A stretch of DNA of 64,000 bases from Candidatus Magasanikbacteria bacterium RIFOXYD1_FULL_40_23 (lineage in GTDB: Bacteria > Patescibacteriota > Patescibacteriia > Magasanikbacterales > GWA2-37-8), in contig MFRA01000005.1 of NCBI GenBank assembly GCA_001783215.1, positions 254,322 to 318,321 of the forward strand, written 5' to 3'. Of the stretch, positions 16,429 through 24,010 are shown piece by piece. The first letter of the stretch is position 1. Every line of letters begins with the position of its first letter. The notes beneath the pieces are model-generated. The model ran no database searches. It was not told where the DNA came from and was given only the letters and a program-made list of their open reading frames with translations. Made by a program: the position numbers and the translations under genes.

Positions 16429-17556
16429 ATGAAAATAGCAACAAATGTTCATCGCGATGCGTTTGGTGGCATAACTATTTCCAACCTCGCGCTTTTTGAT
16501 TGGTTGGCGGATAAAAGCGAGATTATTGTTGGTATTGAAATTGTCTCCGCACGGCATATTTTAGGTCCGGCTATATTTCGTCATTATCTTCCTTCATTTT
16601 TCAAACATCATATCATTAGCGGGCTTGATATCCTTCCTCGTTTTTCTTGGGAAAAAATGATAAATCCACGGAAAAAATGGAGTATTCTTATTGAAACAGC
16701 AAAAGAAGTTCTTCGTGACGAAGCTGTGGATATAGTGCTTATCAACGGAACATACAGTATGCCGTGGATTTTGGCTCAAGCTGCCCACGAATTGGGGATT
16801 CCAATTGTTTTGCGGTATGCCGGTATTTTACAGCGGGAAGTAAGTCATAAAAATTTTTTTATTCGGAACAGGCTTTTACAGTATGAAAAATGGCTTGCTA
16901 CGGTGGCTTCTCATATTATTTTCCCGTCGGATCTTTGTCGTAAGGTTGTTGAAAATGAGATAATTAATGGTCAAGTAAAAAAATGGTCTATTATTCCGAA
17001 TCCGGTCAAAAAATGCAAATACAGCTTGCTTAGACGTAATGGCCGTTATACTTTAGCGGCAATAGGCCGTTGGACACCTATTAAAAACTTCCAAGCATTT
17101 ATTGCTCTACACCAAGAATTATTGCAGCAGGAGTGGCAGCATCGCGCCATCATGGTAACATCGCGTTGGGATGAAAAGTTTGGTATACCTGAAGCCGTAG
17201 AGCGCAAAAACCCCATGAGCCATGAAGATCTATTAAAATTTTATCGTTCAGTCGATTTGGTTGTAATTGCTTCTCACTTTGAAACATTTTGCAATGTAGC
17301 TGCGGAAGCCTTGGTTTGTGGAACTTCTGTGCTAGTATCAAAAAATGTGGGAATTTCGGAGATTCTTATCAAGGCGGGGTTAAAGAGAATGGTAATTGAT
17401 TCATTTGATAGTCCTGTAAAAGTGGCCGAAGCCGTAAAACGAATTTCAAAAAAAAGGATGTCAGCAAGAGAAGTAAAGTTGGTCGCCTCTTTACTTGATT
17501 CACAAATTATTCACCAGCGCATTGTAGATGTGCTTAATAAAGTCATTAAGAGTTAA
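16429..17556 (+). CDS. Glycosyltransferase, GT-B fold (GT1/GT4-like)
   Basis: C-terminal block VDLVVIASHFETFCNVAAEALVCGTSVLVSKNVG, typical of GT4 E..7E-type donor-binding regions. Confidence 0.65.
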   Translation: MKIATNVHRDAFGGITISNLALFDWLADKSEIIVGIEIVSARHILGPAIFRHYLPSFFKHHIISGLDILPRFSWEKMINPRKKWSILIETAKEVLRDEAVDIVLINGTYSMPWILAQAAHELGIPIVLRYAGILQREVSHKNFFIRNRLLQYEKWLATVASHIIFPSDLCRKVVENEIINGQVKKWSIIPNPVKKCKYSLLRRNGRYTLAAIGRWTPIKNFQAFIALHQELLQQEWQHRAIMVTSRWDEKFGIPEAVERKNPMSHEDLLKFYRSVDLVVIASHFETFCNVAAEALVCGTSVLVSKNVGISEILIKAGLKRMVIDSFDSPVKVAEAVKRISKKRMSAREVKLVASLLDSQIIHQRIVDVLNKVIKS

Positions 17557-17572
17557 TAAATAGCACTCAGAT

Positions 17573-18289
17573 ATGAACGTACTTTTTTTCATCATTGCTT
17601 TTATTTCCGAAGTTGTCGGTACCATAGCCGGTTTCGGATCTTCTACCATTGCGCTGCCAATCAGTTTGTTATTTCTTGATTTTAAAACAGCCATTGTACT
17701 GGTTGCTTTTCTGCATATTTTTGGAAACATAGGGAGAGTAAGTTTTTTTCGTTTTGGTTTTGATAAAAATATTTTATTGAAATTCGGCATGATAAGCGTA
17801 CTTTTTTCACTAGTCGGAGCATTACTTGTAAATTACATTCCGCAAGCAGGGCTAAAAGGCGGTCTTGGCGTTTTTCTAATTATTTATTCTGCCATATCTT
17901 GGTCCGGGACATTTAAATTAAAAGCTTCAAGTGCGACCGCCCTAGTAGGCGGAACATTGTCGGGATTTTTGGCCGGTCTTATTGGTACGGGTGGTGCTTT
18001 GCGCGCCATGTTTTTAAGCGCCTTTCAGCTGCCAAAAGAAAAATTTATTGCCACAGCCGCGATTATTGCTTTGGCTGTGGACGCAATTAGAATACCTGTT
18101 TATATCAGCGGTGGTTATTTAGATAGTAATTTGTATTGGCTAGTGCCGATTATTTTTGTTACCGCTATCGCTGGTTCGTTTGTAGGCAAAAAAATCGTAG
18201 ACAAAATCCCGCAGAATTTTTTCAGAAAGGTGGTTTTGTCGGCTATTTTTATGGTCGGTGTGAAGTTTGTTATTGATTGGTTATTATAA
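17573..18289 (+). CDS. Sulfite exporter TauE/SafE family membrane protein
   Basis: Two internally repeated 4-TM halves with GFGSSTIALPISLLFL and GTGGALRAMFLSAF motifs. Confidence 0.7.
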   Translation: MNVLFFIIAFISEVVGTIAGFGSSTIALPISLLFLDFKTAIVLVAFLHIFGNIGRVSFFRFGFDKNILLKFGMISVLFSLVGALLVNYIPQAGLKGGLGVFLIIYSAISWSGTFKLKASSATALVGGTLSGFLAGLIGTGGALRAMFLSAFQLPKEKFIATAAIIALAVDAIRIPVYISGGYLDSNLYWLVPIIFVTAIAGSFVGKKIVDKIPQNFFRKVVLSAIFMVGVKFVIDWLL

Positions 18290-18296
18290 ATAAAAT

Positions 18297-18953
18297 ATGA
18301 TTAAAGCTGTAATTTACGATATGGATGGAGTCCTTATAGATTCCGAACCTTTTTGGCGTCAGGCAGAAGTAGAGTCTTTTAAAAGCGTGGGTGTTTTTAT
18401 TACAGAAGAAATGTGTTATCAAACTACAGGATTACGTATTGATGAGGTGGTAGCGTTTTGGTATCAAAAAATGCCATGGGAAGGGGTGTCCCAATCAGAG
18501 GTGGCTGACTTAATTTTAAAAAATGTTATTGAGCTTGTTGAAAAAAAAGGGCAAGCTAAGGAGGGTGTCTTAGAATCTTTGGAGTTTATAAAAAAACAAA
18601 ATGTAAAATTAGCGCTCGCTTCTTCTTCGGCGTTAGTTTTAATAAAAACAGTTATAGCCAAGCTTGGTATACAAAATTATTTTGAAATTGTGCATTCGGC
18701 AGAATTTGAGAGTTATGGTAAGCCGCATCCGGATGTTTATCTTACAGCCGCAAAAAAGTTGGATATTGAACCTAGGTTTTGTGTGGCCATAGAGGATTCT
18801 GTGAATGGTATTATTTCTGCCAAAGCTGCCAAGATGAAATGTGTGGCAGTTCCCGAGAATGGTCAGGAAGGAGATAGGCGTTTGGGGATTGCTGACGCTG
18901 TTATTTCTTCTCTAAATGGTATTAATGATTCTCTTTGGGAGAAATTGATTTAA
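18297..18953 (+). CDS. HAD-superfamily hydrolase (phosphatase/beta-phosphoglucomutase-like)
   Basis: Motif I IYDMDGVLIDSE, motif II LALASSS, motif III/IV K...EDSVNG. Confidence 0.85.
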   Translation: MIKAVIYDMDGVLIDSEPFWRQAEVESFKSVGVFITEEMCYQTTGLRIDEVVAFWYQKMPWEGVSQSEVADLILKNVIELVEKKGQAKEGVLESLEFIKKQNVKLALASSSALVLIKTVIAKLGIQNYFEIVHSAEFESYGKPHPDVYLTAAKKLDIEPRFCVAIEDSVNGIISAKAAKMKCVAVPENGQEGDRRLGIADAVISSLNGINDSLWEKLI

Positions 18954-19049
18954 GATTTTGCCAGAGGTTTTTATTTATACTGCATAATTGACAAATTGCA
19001 TAATTAATATTATAAAAGCTTAATACAACCAAGTGTCAGGAGGTTTGTT

Positions 19050-19286
19050 ATGGCAACGACGTTTCTGGATGCTTTGAAAAGAAAAGGTGGCGGTGAAGGT
19101 GCAAAAGCTATGCTTAGACACCTTAGAGCCAAACTTTCGGGGGAAAACTTTGATAGATTTTTGAACAGCACCCCGGACGGTGATGATTTCTGGCCCGCTT
19201 ACATAAGCAGAAAGTTCACCAAAGATGAGCCGGACAAATATGGATACGATCAGTTTGCTGCGGACGTTCTTCGTCTACGTGGCTAG
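19050..19286 (+). CDS. Small hypothetical protein (78 aa), GC-elevated (~47%)
   Basis: ORF followed by two strong terminator hairpins. No recognisable motif. Confidence 0.35.
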   Translation: MATTFLDALKRKGGGEGAKAMLRHLRAKLSGENFDRFLNSTPDGDDFWPAYISRKFTKDEPDKYGYDQFAADVLRLRG

Positions 19287-19342
19287 CTGGTGTTGTTACT
19301 AGACTATGTCCCGACACCCACAAGCTGAGTGTCGGGAAAAAT

Positions 19343-19380
19343 AAAAAGTAACCCAAATATTTGGGTTACTTTTTATTTTA
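19343..19380. terminator. Bidirectional rho-independent terminator between convergent genes; a second hairpin lies at 19309-19337
   Basis: aaaaagtaaccc-aaatat-ttgggttacttttt with U-runs on both strands. Upstream hairpin cccgacac-ccacaagctga-gtgtcggg. Confidence 0.6.
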
Positions 19381-19508
19381 GATAATTCATTCGTCGTCAC
19401 CTTTCTTAAAGACAAATTGTTTATCTTTAGAAAGGTAGTGGGACGACGAGTGGGATTCGTCAGATCACACTGCCTCTGATTGGTTTCCCAATCAGGTGTA
19501 GTGCCGGT

Positions 19509-20096
19509 CTACGCCGTGAACAGCTTGGGAAGATGTTCGCGCAGGGCCGTCGTATCGTCGACGGAGATTCTGAACTTCTCCGTGGCCTGGCTCAGAACCT
19601 GCTTGGCCTCGTCCACGTTGCGGACCCCGTTCGCACTTCCGAGCAGGCGGTCGTTCTTGTAGAACCCCATGGTGGCACCGCAGCCACGGCAGCCCACGAG
19701 CACGATGATGTGCTCGTTGTGACTGATCATGCGTGTGATCTGCTCGTGACCAGCGCCGCCGAAGATCAGGATCACGTCCACGATGGGCATCATCTGCGGT
19801 ATGCTCTTGAAGCTCTCGACGAACAGGTCGTCGTCGCCGAAGGTTTCGGGCAGGTCGGCGGCCGCGACCGCGCTGCTGATGAGCGCAGAAACGCGCTTCT
19901 CCTCGTCGCTGGCCGTGGCCTCGTCCATGACGAGCGCCATGACCGCGCCCGCCTTGCGCGAGCCGAAGGCCGGGCCCTTGGTCGGCTTCTCGACCCCTTC
20001 GCGGAAGAGCTTGACGTGGGCGTGAACGCCGTTGGGGCCCTTGTGACCGCGGCACCCCTCGTCCTTGCAGTACTCGAGTTCGATACGATTCTTCAT
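19509..20096 (-). CDS. GC-rich (>60% GC) hypothetical protein (~196 aa from MKNRIELEYCK). Cys/His-rich N-terminus plus a Rossmann-like core. Probable horizontal acquisition.
   Basis: Abrupt GC jump relative to flanks. CKDEGCRGHKGPNGVHAH and VDVILIFGGAGHEQ...IIVLVGCRGCGAT. The ORF track's longer 237-aa version runs into the AT-rich upstream region. Strong terminators lie 3' of the gene. Confidence 0.5.
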   Translation of the reverse strand: MKNRIELEYCKDEGCRGHKGPNGVHAHVKLFREGVEKPTKGPAFGSRKAGAVMALVMDEATASDEEKRVSALISSAVAAADLPETFGDDDLFVESFKSIPQMMPIVDVILIFGGAGHEQITRMISHNEHIIVLVGCRGCGATMGFYKNDRLLGSANGVRNVDEAKQVLSQATEKFRISVDDTTALREHLPKLFTA

Positions 20097-20383
20097 GTGA
20101 GTATCCTGCTTTCCTTTTGTGCTTCCCCGGAGCACAGGTGTGTTATTGCTGGGGAAATAACCTACGAATTTCTTAGGCTTTTTTCCCAGCAAAAAAATGT
20201 AAAGAACGACGTATATTAGCAAAAAATACCTCTTTTGTCAATAGTTGGTAAAAGAGAGTGTGGTGTTGTCTTTGTCATTTTAAACAAAGTATTATATAAT
20301 ATTCTCACTAAATTATTTCCCGCCGTTTGCTTGGCGCAAACGCGCAGGGATCCCCGGTGGGGGAAAACAACTTTTTAAAATAT

Positions 20384-20734
20384 ATGCAGGACATCCAAGA
20401 GATATTTAATCGCATGCAAGAAATTAAGAAAAAGCAAAAAGATATCCGCAGTGCTTATAAAGAATCATTAGAAGCTTCGTTGGAGTATAAAGAAATAAAT
20501 GACAAAATAAAAACTCTTAGAGAAAGAAAAAAACAAATTGAAAATATTACCAAAGAATCTTTTTCGGCAGAGTTTACAAAGCTTGATGATTTTAAGATTG
20601 ATCTAGAATCAGACAGTGTAATGTTAAGCGATATTGCTTTAAATAAATTGATGAAAGGCGAGACAGTGCAGGTGGTAGATGAATACAATAATAGTTACGA
20701 GCCACTCTTTACGGTAAAATTCAAAAAAACCTAG
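20384..20734 (+). CDS. Coiled-coil hypothetical protein (start taken at MQDIQEIF; the ORF track starts at 20327 inside a hairpin)
   Basis: Lys/Glu-rich heptad-like sequence followed by a terminator at 20775. Confidence 0.4.
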   Translation: MQDIQEIFNRMQEIKKKQKDIRSAYKESLEASLEYKEINDKIKTLRERKKQIENITKESFSAEFTKLDDFKIDLESDSVMLSDIALNKLMKGETVQVVDEYNNSYEPLFTVKFKKT

Positions 20735-20774
20735 TGCGTTTTTAGTAAGCCTCTTCAGAGATCTTGTATATTAA

Positions 20775-20810
20775 ATCCACCGCCAAAATTGGCGGTGGAT
20801 AACTTTTTAT
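20775..20810 (+). terminator. Rho-independent terminator
   Basis: atccaccgcc-aaaatt-ggcggtggat followed by aactttttat. Confidence 0.55.
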
Positions 20811-20854
20811 AAATCTATTGACGGTACTTTTAATAGGGTATACGATAAATGCAA

Positions 20855-21005
20855 TAGAGAACTAAGTTCGATGGCAAAAGCTGCAGACCACGTCTGCAAC
20901 CCAACCTCAACCCACCTCTCTCTACCCATATGGATTCAACCCGAATCCACCCACCACACACACCCACACGAGACCAAAGCTTCGGCTAAGGTCTCTCATT
21001 TTTTT
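20855..21005 (+). ncRNA. Candidate small RNA: C/A-rich, G-poor tract with CCCAC/CCUCU repeats, ending in a terminator hairpin
   Basis: Possible promoter TTGACG(20818)-17 nt-TACGAT. Body caacccaacctcaacccacctctctctaccca...ccacccaccacacacacccacac. Terminator gagacc-aaagcttcggctaa-ggtctc followed by tcattttttta. The overlapping 79-aa ORF (20871-21110) is low-complexity and probably not coding. Confidence 0.25.
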
Positions 21006-21018
21006 ATAATTAAATTAT

Positions 21019-21477
21019 CTACTTTCTGTTTTCTCGCATTACTTCGTTTTGAATGGTATTTATATTTGTTTTTTCTTTCATTCTCTTTAATTCTTTATCG
21101 TCTTCGATAGGAAGTCCTAAGTGGTCGTGAATTTCATCGAGCATGTTTATTATTCTGGTAACTTCATGTTCTGCCTTGATATTAATTTGTAAATCTATCT
21201 CTTCTCGCAAATCGTCTATTTGGCTGGCGCGATTTTGACTGATAAGCACAATAACGCTAAGAAATATGGCTTCCAAAGATACGGCGGTAGTAAGCAATCC
21301 GTATGGATATGGGTCAAAAACAGGAAGATTAGGAATAAATCCGGAATTTATAATTATCCATACGGCAAAAACGATAGCGTTTATAACAAGAAACCAAACT
21401 GTGCCAAAAGAATTTCTGAGAAAATCGGCGCAGCGGTCGACCGGACTTTTATTTTTTTCTAGTTTTGTTCTGAACAT
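21019..21477 (-). CDS. DUF1003-like membrane protein
   Basis: Two TM helices (VWFLVINAIVFAVWIIINSGF, LLTTAVSLEAIFLSVIVLISQNR) followed by a charged coiled C-terminal region, as in DUF1003 proteins. Confidence 0.5.
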   Translation of the reverse strand: MFRTKLEKNKSPVDRCADFLRNSFGTVWFLVINAIVFAVWIIINSGFIPNLPVFDPYPYGLLTTAVSLEAIFLSVIVLISQNRASQIDDLREEIDLQINIKAEHEVTRIINMLDEIHDHLGLPIEDDKELKRMKEKTNINTIQNEVMRENRK

Positions 21478-21616
21478 ATGTGGTAAAATTTAGTGATTAG
21501 CATAGTAAGTATAGCAAAGACACCCCTTCAGGGCAAACAAGGCGCGGCCGTTATTATGCGGGAGTTTTTCCTTGACCAGACGGGTAGTCAGGAGTAAGAT
21601 AAGACAAATTAATTGT

Positions 21617-22153
21617 ATGAAAACCAACTCATTATTTAAGAGATTATTTGTAGTTTATACTGTTGCTTTGTTGGCAGTGGTAGTTTTTGTTCCACGTGTT
21701 GCCTTGGCACAAACCAGCAGCGCAGACAGTGTGGAAGCAGAAAACTCTACTACTGTTTATAGTCCAAACGATGTAAATACGGATAGTGTAACCCCGAGCG
21801 CCAATATTAGTATTTTAAAAAATTTAAAAATATTTGGACAAGATACGGGTATGAGCTCTACCGACCCGCGTCTGATAATTGCTCGTTTGGTAAGAGTGGC
21901 TATGGGTTTTGTAGGAATTATAGTTCTGATTATGATACTTGGTAGTGGGCTTATGTTTATGACTGCCGGAGGGGATGAAGAAAAAACTAGCCAAGCAAAA
22001 AGAACATTTTTTAATGCTATACTCGGGCTATTAATAATGCTCTCTGCGTACAGTATTGTAACCTTTGTTCTTAATACTATAACCACTGCAAGCAGCACTT
22101 CTAATACGACTAGCACTGCTCCAGCTGTTGCAGATCCAATAGTTAATCCTTAG
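21617..22153 (+). CDS. Secreted protein with two closely spaced TM helices (VirB2/TrbC-pilin-like topology) and a Ser/Thr-rich tail. Start taken at MKTNSLF.
   Basis: Signal peptide ...VPRVALAQTSS; helix pair VAMGFVGIIVLIMILGSGLMFMTA / AILGLLIMLSAYSIVTFVL separated by GGDEEKTSQAKRTFFN. Confidence 0.4.
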   Translation: MKTNSLFKRLFVVYTVALLAVVVFVPRVALAQTSSADSVEAENSTTVYSPNDVNTDSVTPSANISILKNLKIFGQDTGMSSTDPRLIIARLVRVAMGFVGIIVLIMILGSGLMFMTAGGDEEKTSQAKRTFFNAILGLLIMLSAYSIVTFVLNTITTASSTSNTTSTAPAVADPIVNP

Positions 22154-22177
22154 GATAGTTCATCAGTAAAATTATCT

Positions 22178-22984
22178 ATGAATATTTTTCGTAGAATTGC
22201 AGAACGTATCGTGGCGGCGGGTTTTAGTTTGGCAGTGCTTTGGTTGGTTGTAACTCAAATTTTTGAGCGACTAGACCAGCGTATGCCTGCTTTTTTGGCC
22301 GGCGTTCTTACTTATATAGTGGTTGCGTATAGTTTGCTTCCTCGTCTTATTCAGTTTGTGCTTATGGTATTGCGCAGAGGGCGTGTGCCTAGGTTTACAC
22401 GCACAGGTGACGGTTTGCTAGCTGATCCGGTAAATATAATTTTAATTGGCTCAGAAGAGATGTTGCGACATATTTTTGTTAGTGCTGGTTGGTATGAAGC
22501 AGAGCCATTAACATTTAAGTCGGCTACAAAAATGATTTGGGCTTTTGTTAATAATAAGCCATATCAGACCGCGCCGTTTAGTTCGCTTTATCTTTTTGGC
22601 CGCAGACAAGATTTTGGGTTTCAACAGCCAATAGGAAAAAGCCCTCGTCACCGTCATCATATACGGTTTTGGGCTGCCAACCTTGATCCCGAAAAAGATA
22701 TTACAAATTTTAAGTATTGGCTCCAAACACATGCGTTAGATCCAAATCAGCCGGTAATGTGGGTGGGTAGTGGTACCAAAGATATTGGTTTTGGTTTAAC
22801 CAGGCACACATACCAGATTAGCCACAAGGTAGATAAAAATATAGATCAAGAGCGTGATCATATAATTGCCGCTCTGCGACAGACAGGGCTACTTACCCAA
22901 GAGCATTACTTTGATCCGGGTAAATTTATTGTTGGTAAATATAAATCCGATGGACGGATACTCACCGCTTATATAGAAAAATAG
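22178..22984 (+). CDS. Hypothetical membrane protein (2 N-terminal TM helices plus a ~200-aa soluble domain)
   Basis: FSLAVLWLVVTQIF and FLAGVLTYIVVAYSLL helices. No catalytic motif recognised. Confidence 0.45.
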   Translation: MNIFRRIAERIVAAGFSLAVLWLVVTQIFERLDQRMPAFLAGVLTYIVVAYSLLPRLIQFVLMVLRRGRVPRFTRTGDGLLADPVNIILIGSEEMLRHIFVSAGWYEAEPLTFKSATKMIWAFVNNKPYQTAPFSSLYLFGRRQDFGFQQPIGKSPRHRHHIRFWAANLDPEKDITNFKYWLQTHALDPNQPVMWVGSGTKDIGFGLTRHTYQISHKVDKNIDQERDHIIAALRQTGLLTQEHYFDPGKFIVGKYKSDGRILTAYIEK

Positions 22985-23002
22985 TTTGTTATATAATTTA
23001 AT

Positions 23003-23085
23003 TATATAGGGGCTAAAGCCACATATATGCTCATTCACTCAGAAATAAATAAGTTTACTTATTTATTTCTTCATTCATTTCGCAT
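23003..23085 (+). repeat. Family-C leader module, copy 1, ending at the start codon of the 23086 gene
   Basis: tatataggggctaaagccacatatatgctcattcactca + palindrome gaaataaataag-ttt-acttatttatttc + ttcattcatttcgcat + ATG. Confidence 0.75.
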
Positions 23086-23496
23086 ATGAAAGAATTTTTT
23101 GTTAGCTTATTTGTAATTATATTTGTAGCAGCGGTAGTTGTGTTTGGAGTTTTTCCTCCGAAGGTTTATGTTACATTTATTTCTGCGCAGAATAGTGTCT
23201 TGGCTGCAGAGCAAAAACAAATTACAGATGCTTTGCTTTGGCAATATAGTTATAATCCTTTGCGAGTAGGGCGAGAGTACCAGATAAATATGCCTAGCCC
23301 CGCACCCTTGAAAAATCCGGCAAAACAAGATTACCAATATTTTATTTGGGCAAGTGTAAAATCCCTATCTTTTGTAAAAGAATCAGAAGCAGGGGATAAT
23401 ACTTGGAATTTGGTTTTGGCAAAAGATAAAAATGGCAACTGGAAAATTGTAGCTGACAAGCTTTGTTGCGGGCAAGGGGTTGATGAATGGTATTAA
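23086..23496 (+). CDS. Hypothetical membrane-anchored protein
   Basis: N-terminal TM FFVSLFVIIFVAAVVVFGVF. 136 aa. Confidence 0.5.
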   Translation: MKEFFVSLFVIIFVAAVVVFGVFPPKVYVTFISAQNSVLAAEQKQITDALLWQYSYNPLRVGREYQINMPSPAPLKNPAKQDYQYFIWASVKSLSFVKESEAGDNTWNLVLAKDKNGNWKIVADKLCCGQGVDEWY

Positions 23497-23511
23497 AATA
23501 TTTTAATAAAT

Positions 23512-23548
23512 AAAAATCCCTTGCTTGAAGCAGGGGATTTTTATTTAG
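23512..23548. terminator. Bidirectional rho-independent terminator (serves the 23086 gene and hup)
   Basis: aaaaatccc-ttgcttgaagca-ggggattttt with U-runs on both strands. Confidence 0.6.
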
Positions 23549-23568
23549 TTGAAGCTCGTTTATAATTG

Positions 23569-23844
23569 TTATTTTAGAGCGTCTTTTAGAGCCTTGCCAG
23601 CTTTGAATTTTGGTACGGTAACAGCTGGGATTTGGATTTTTTGAGAAGGGTTTTGTGGGTTTACGCCTTGTCTAGCGGCGCGCTTCTTGGCTGTAAAAGC
23701 TCCAAAACCGGTTAAAACTACCTCTCCATCTTTCTTTAATTGTTCTACGACAGTGTCAAGGACGGCGTTTAAGGTGTCTTCAACTTGGCGTTTTGGTAGG
23801 TTTAGTTTTTCGGATACAGCTTGTGCTAAATCTGCTTTATTCAT
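23569..23844 (-). CDS. hup: DNA-binding protein HU
   Basis: MNKADLAQAVSEKLNLPKRQVEDTLNAVLDTVVEQLKKDGEVVLTGFGAF...RQGVNPQNPSQKIQIPA. Canonical HU/IHF fold signature (GFGxF, R-N-P). Confidence 0.9.
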   Translation of the reverse strand: MNKADLAQAVSEKLNLPKRQVEDTLNAVLDTVVEQLKKDGEVVLTGFGAFTAKKRAARQGVNPQNPSQKIQIPAVTVPKFKAGKALKDALK

Positions 23845-23966
23845 AGTTTCACCCCCTTTCCAATTTGGAATTTTGACATATATCAGGATGATTATTTTCT
23901 CTAACCTTAGCCTGTATTATAACATGTGGGTGTTTTTTTGCCTATGTTTAGCAGTTTTAGTTATCC

Positions 23967-24003
23967 CCAACGCTTAGCGTTGGTATGGGGACGCTAAGCG
24001 TCC
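23967..24003. repeat. Twin ACGCTTAGCGT-core palindromes, second locus (ccaACGCTTAGCGTtgg ... ggACGCTAAGCGTcc)
   Basis: Same architecture as 4468-4505, with flanking nucleotides changed in a way that keeps complementarity. Lies between the rny stop and the hup start. Confidence 0.7.
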
Positions 24004-24010
24004 ACCAAGA

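Noticed and set aside
19492-20219. ORFs 19533-20219 (+, 228 aa), 19492-20055 (-, 187 aa, Arg/Gly/Pro-rich) and 19783-20025 (+) overlapping the GC-rich gene
   Set aside because: High GC removes stop codons in most frames. These are antisense or alternate-frame artefacts of the single real minus-strand gene (19509-20096). Their low-complexity Arg/Ala/Gly composition is typical of such shadows.
20871-21110. 79-aa ORF over the CA-rich tract
   Set aside because: His/Thr/Pro low-complexity translation of a compositionally biased sequence that continues through a terminator hairpin. More plausibly non-coding.
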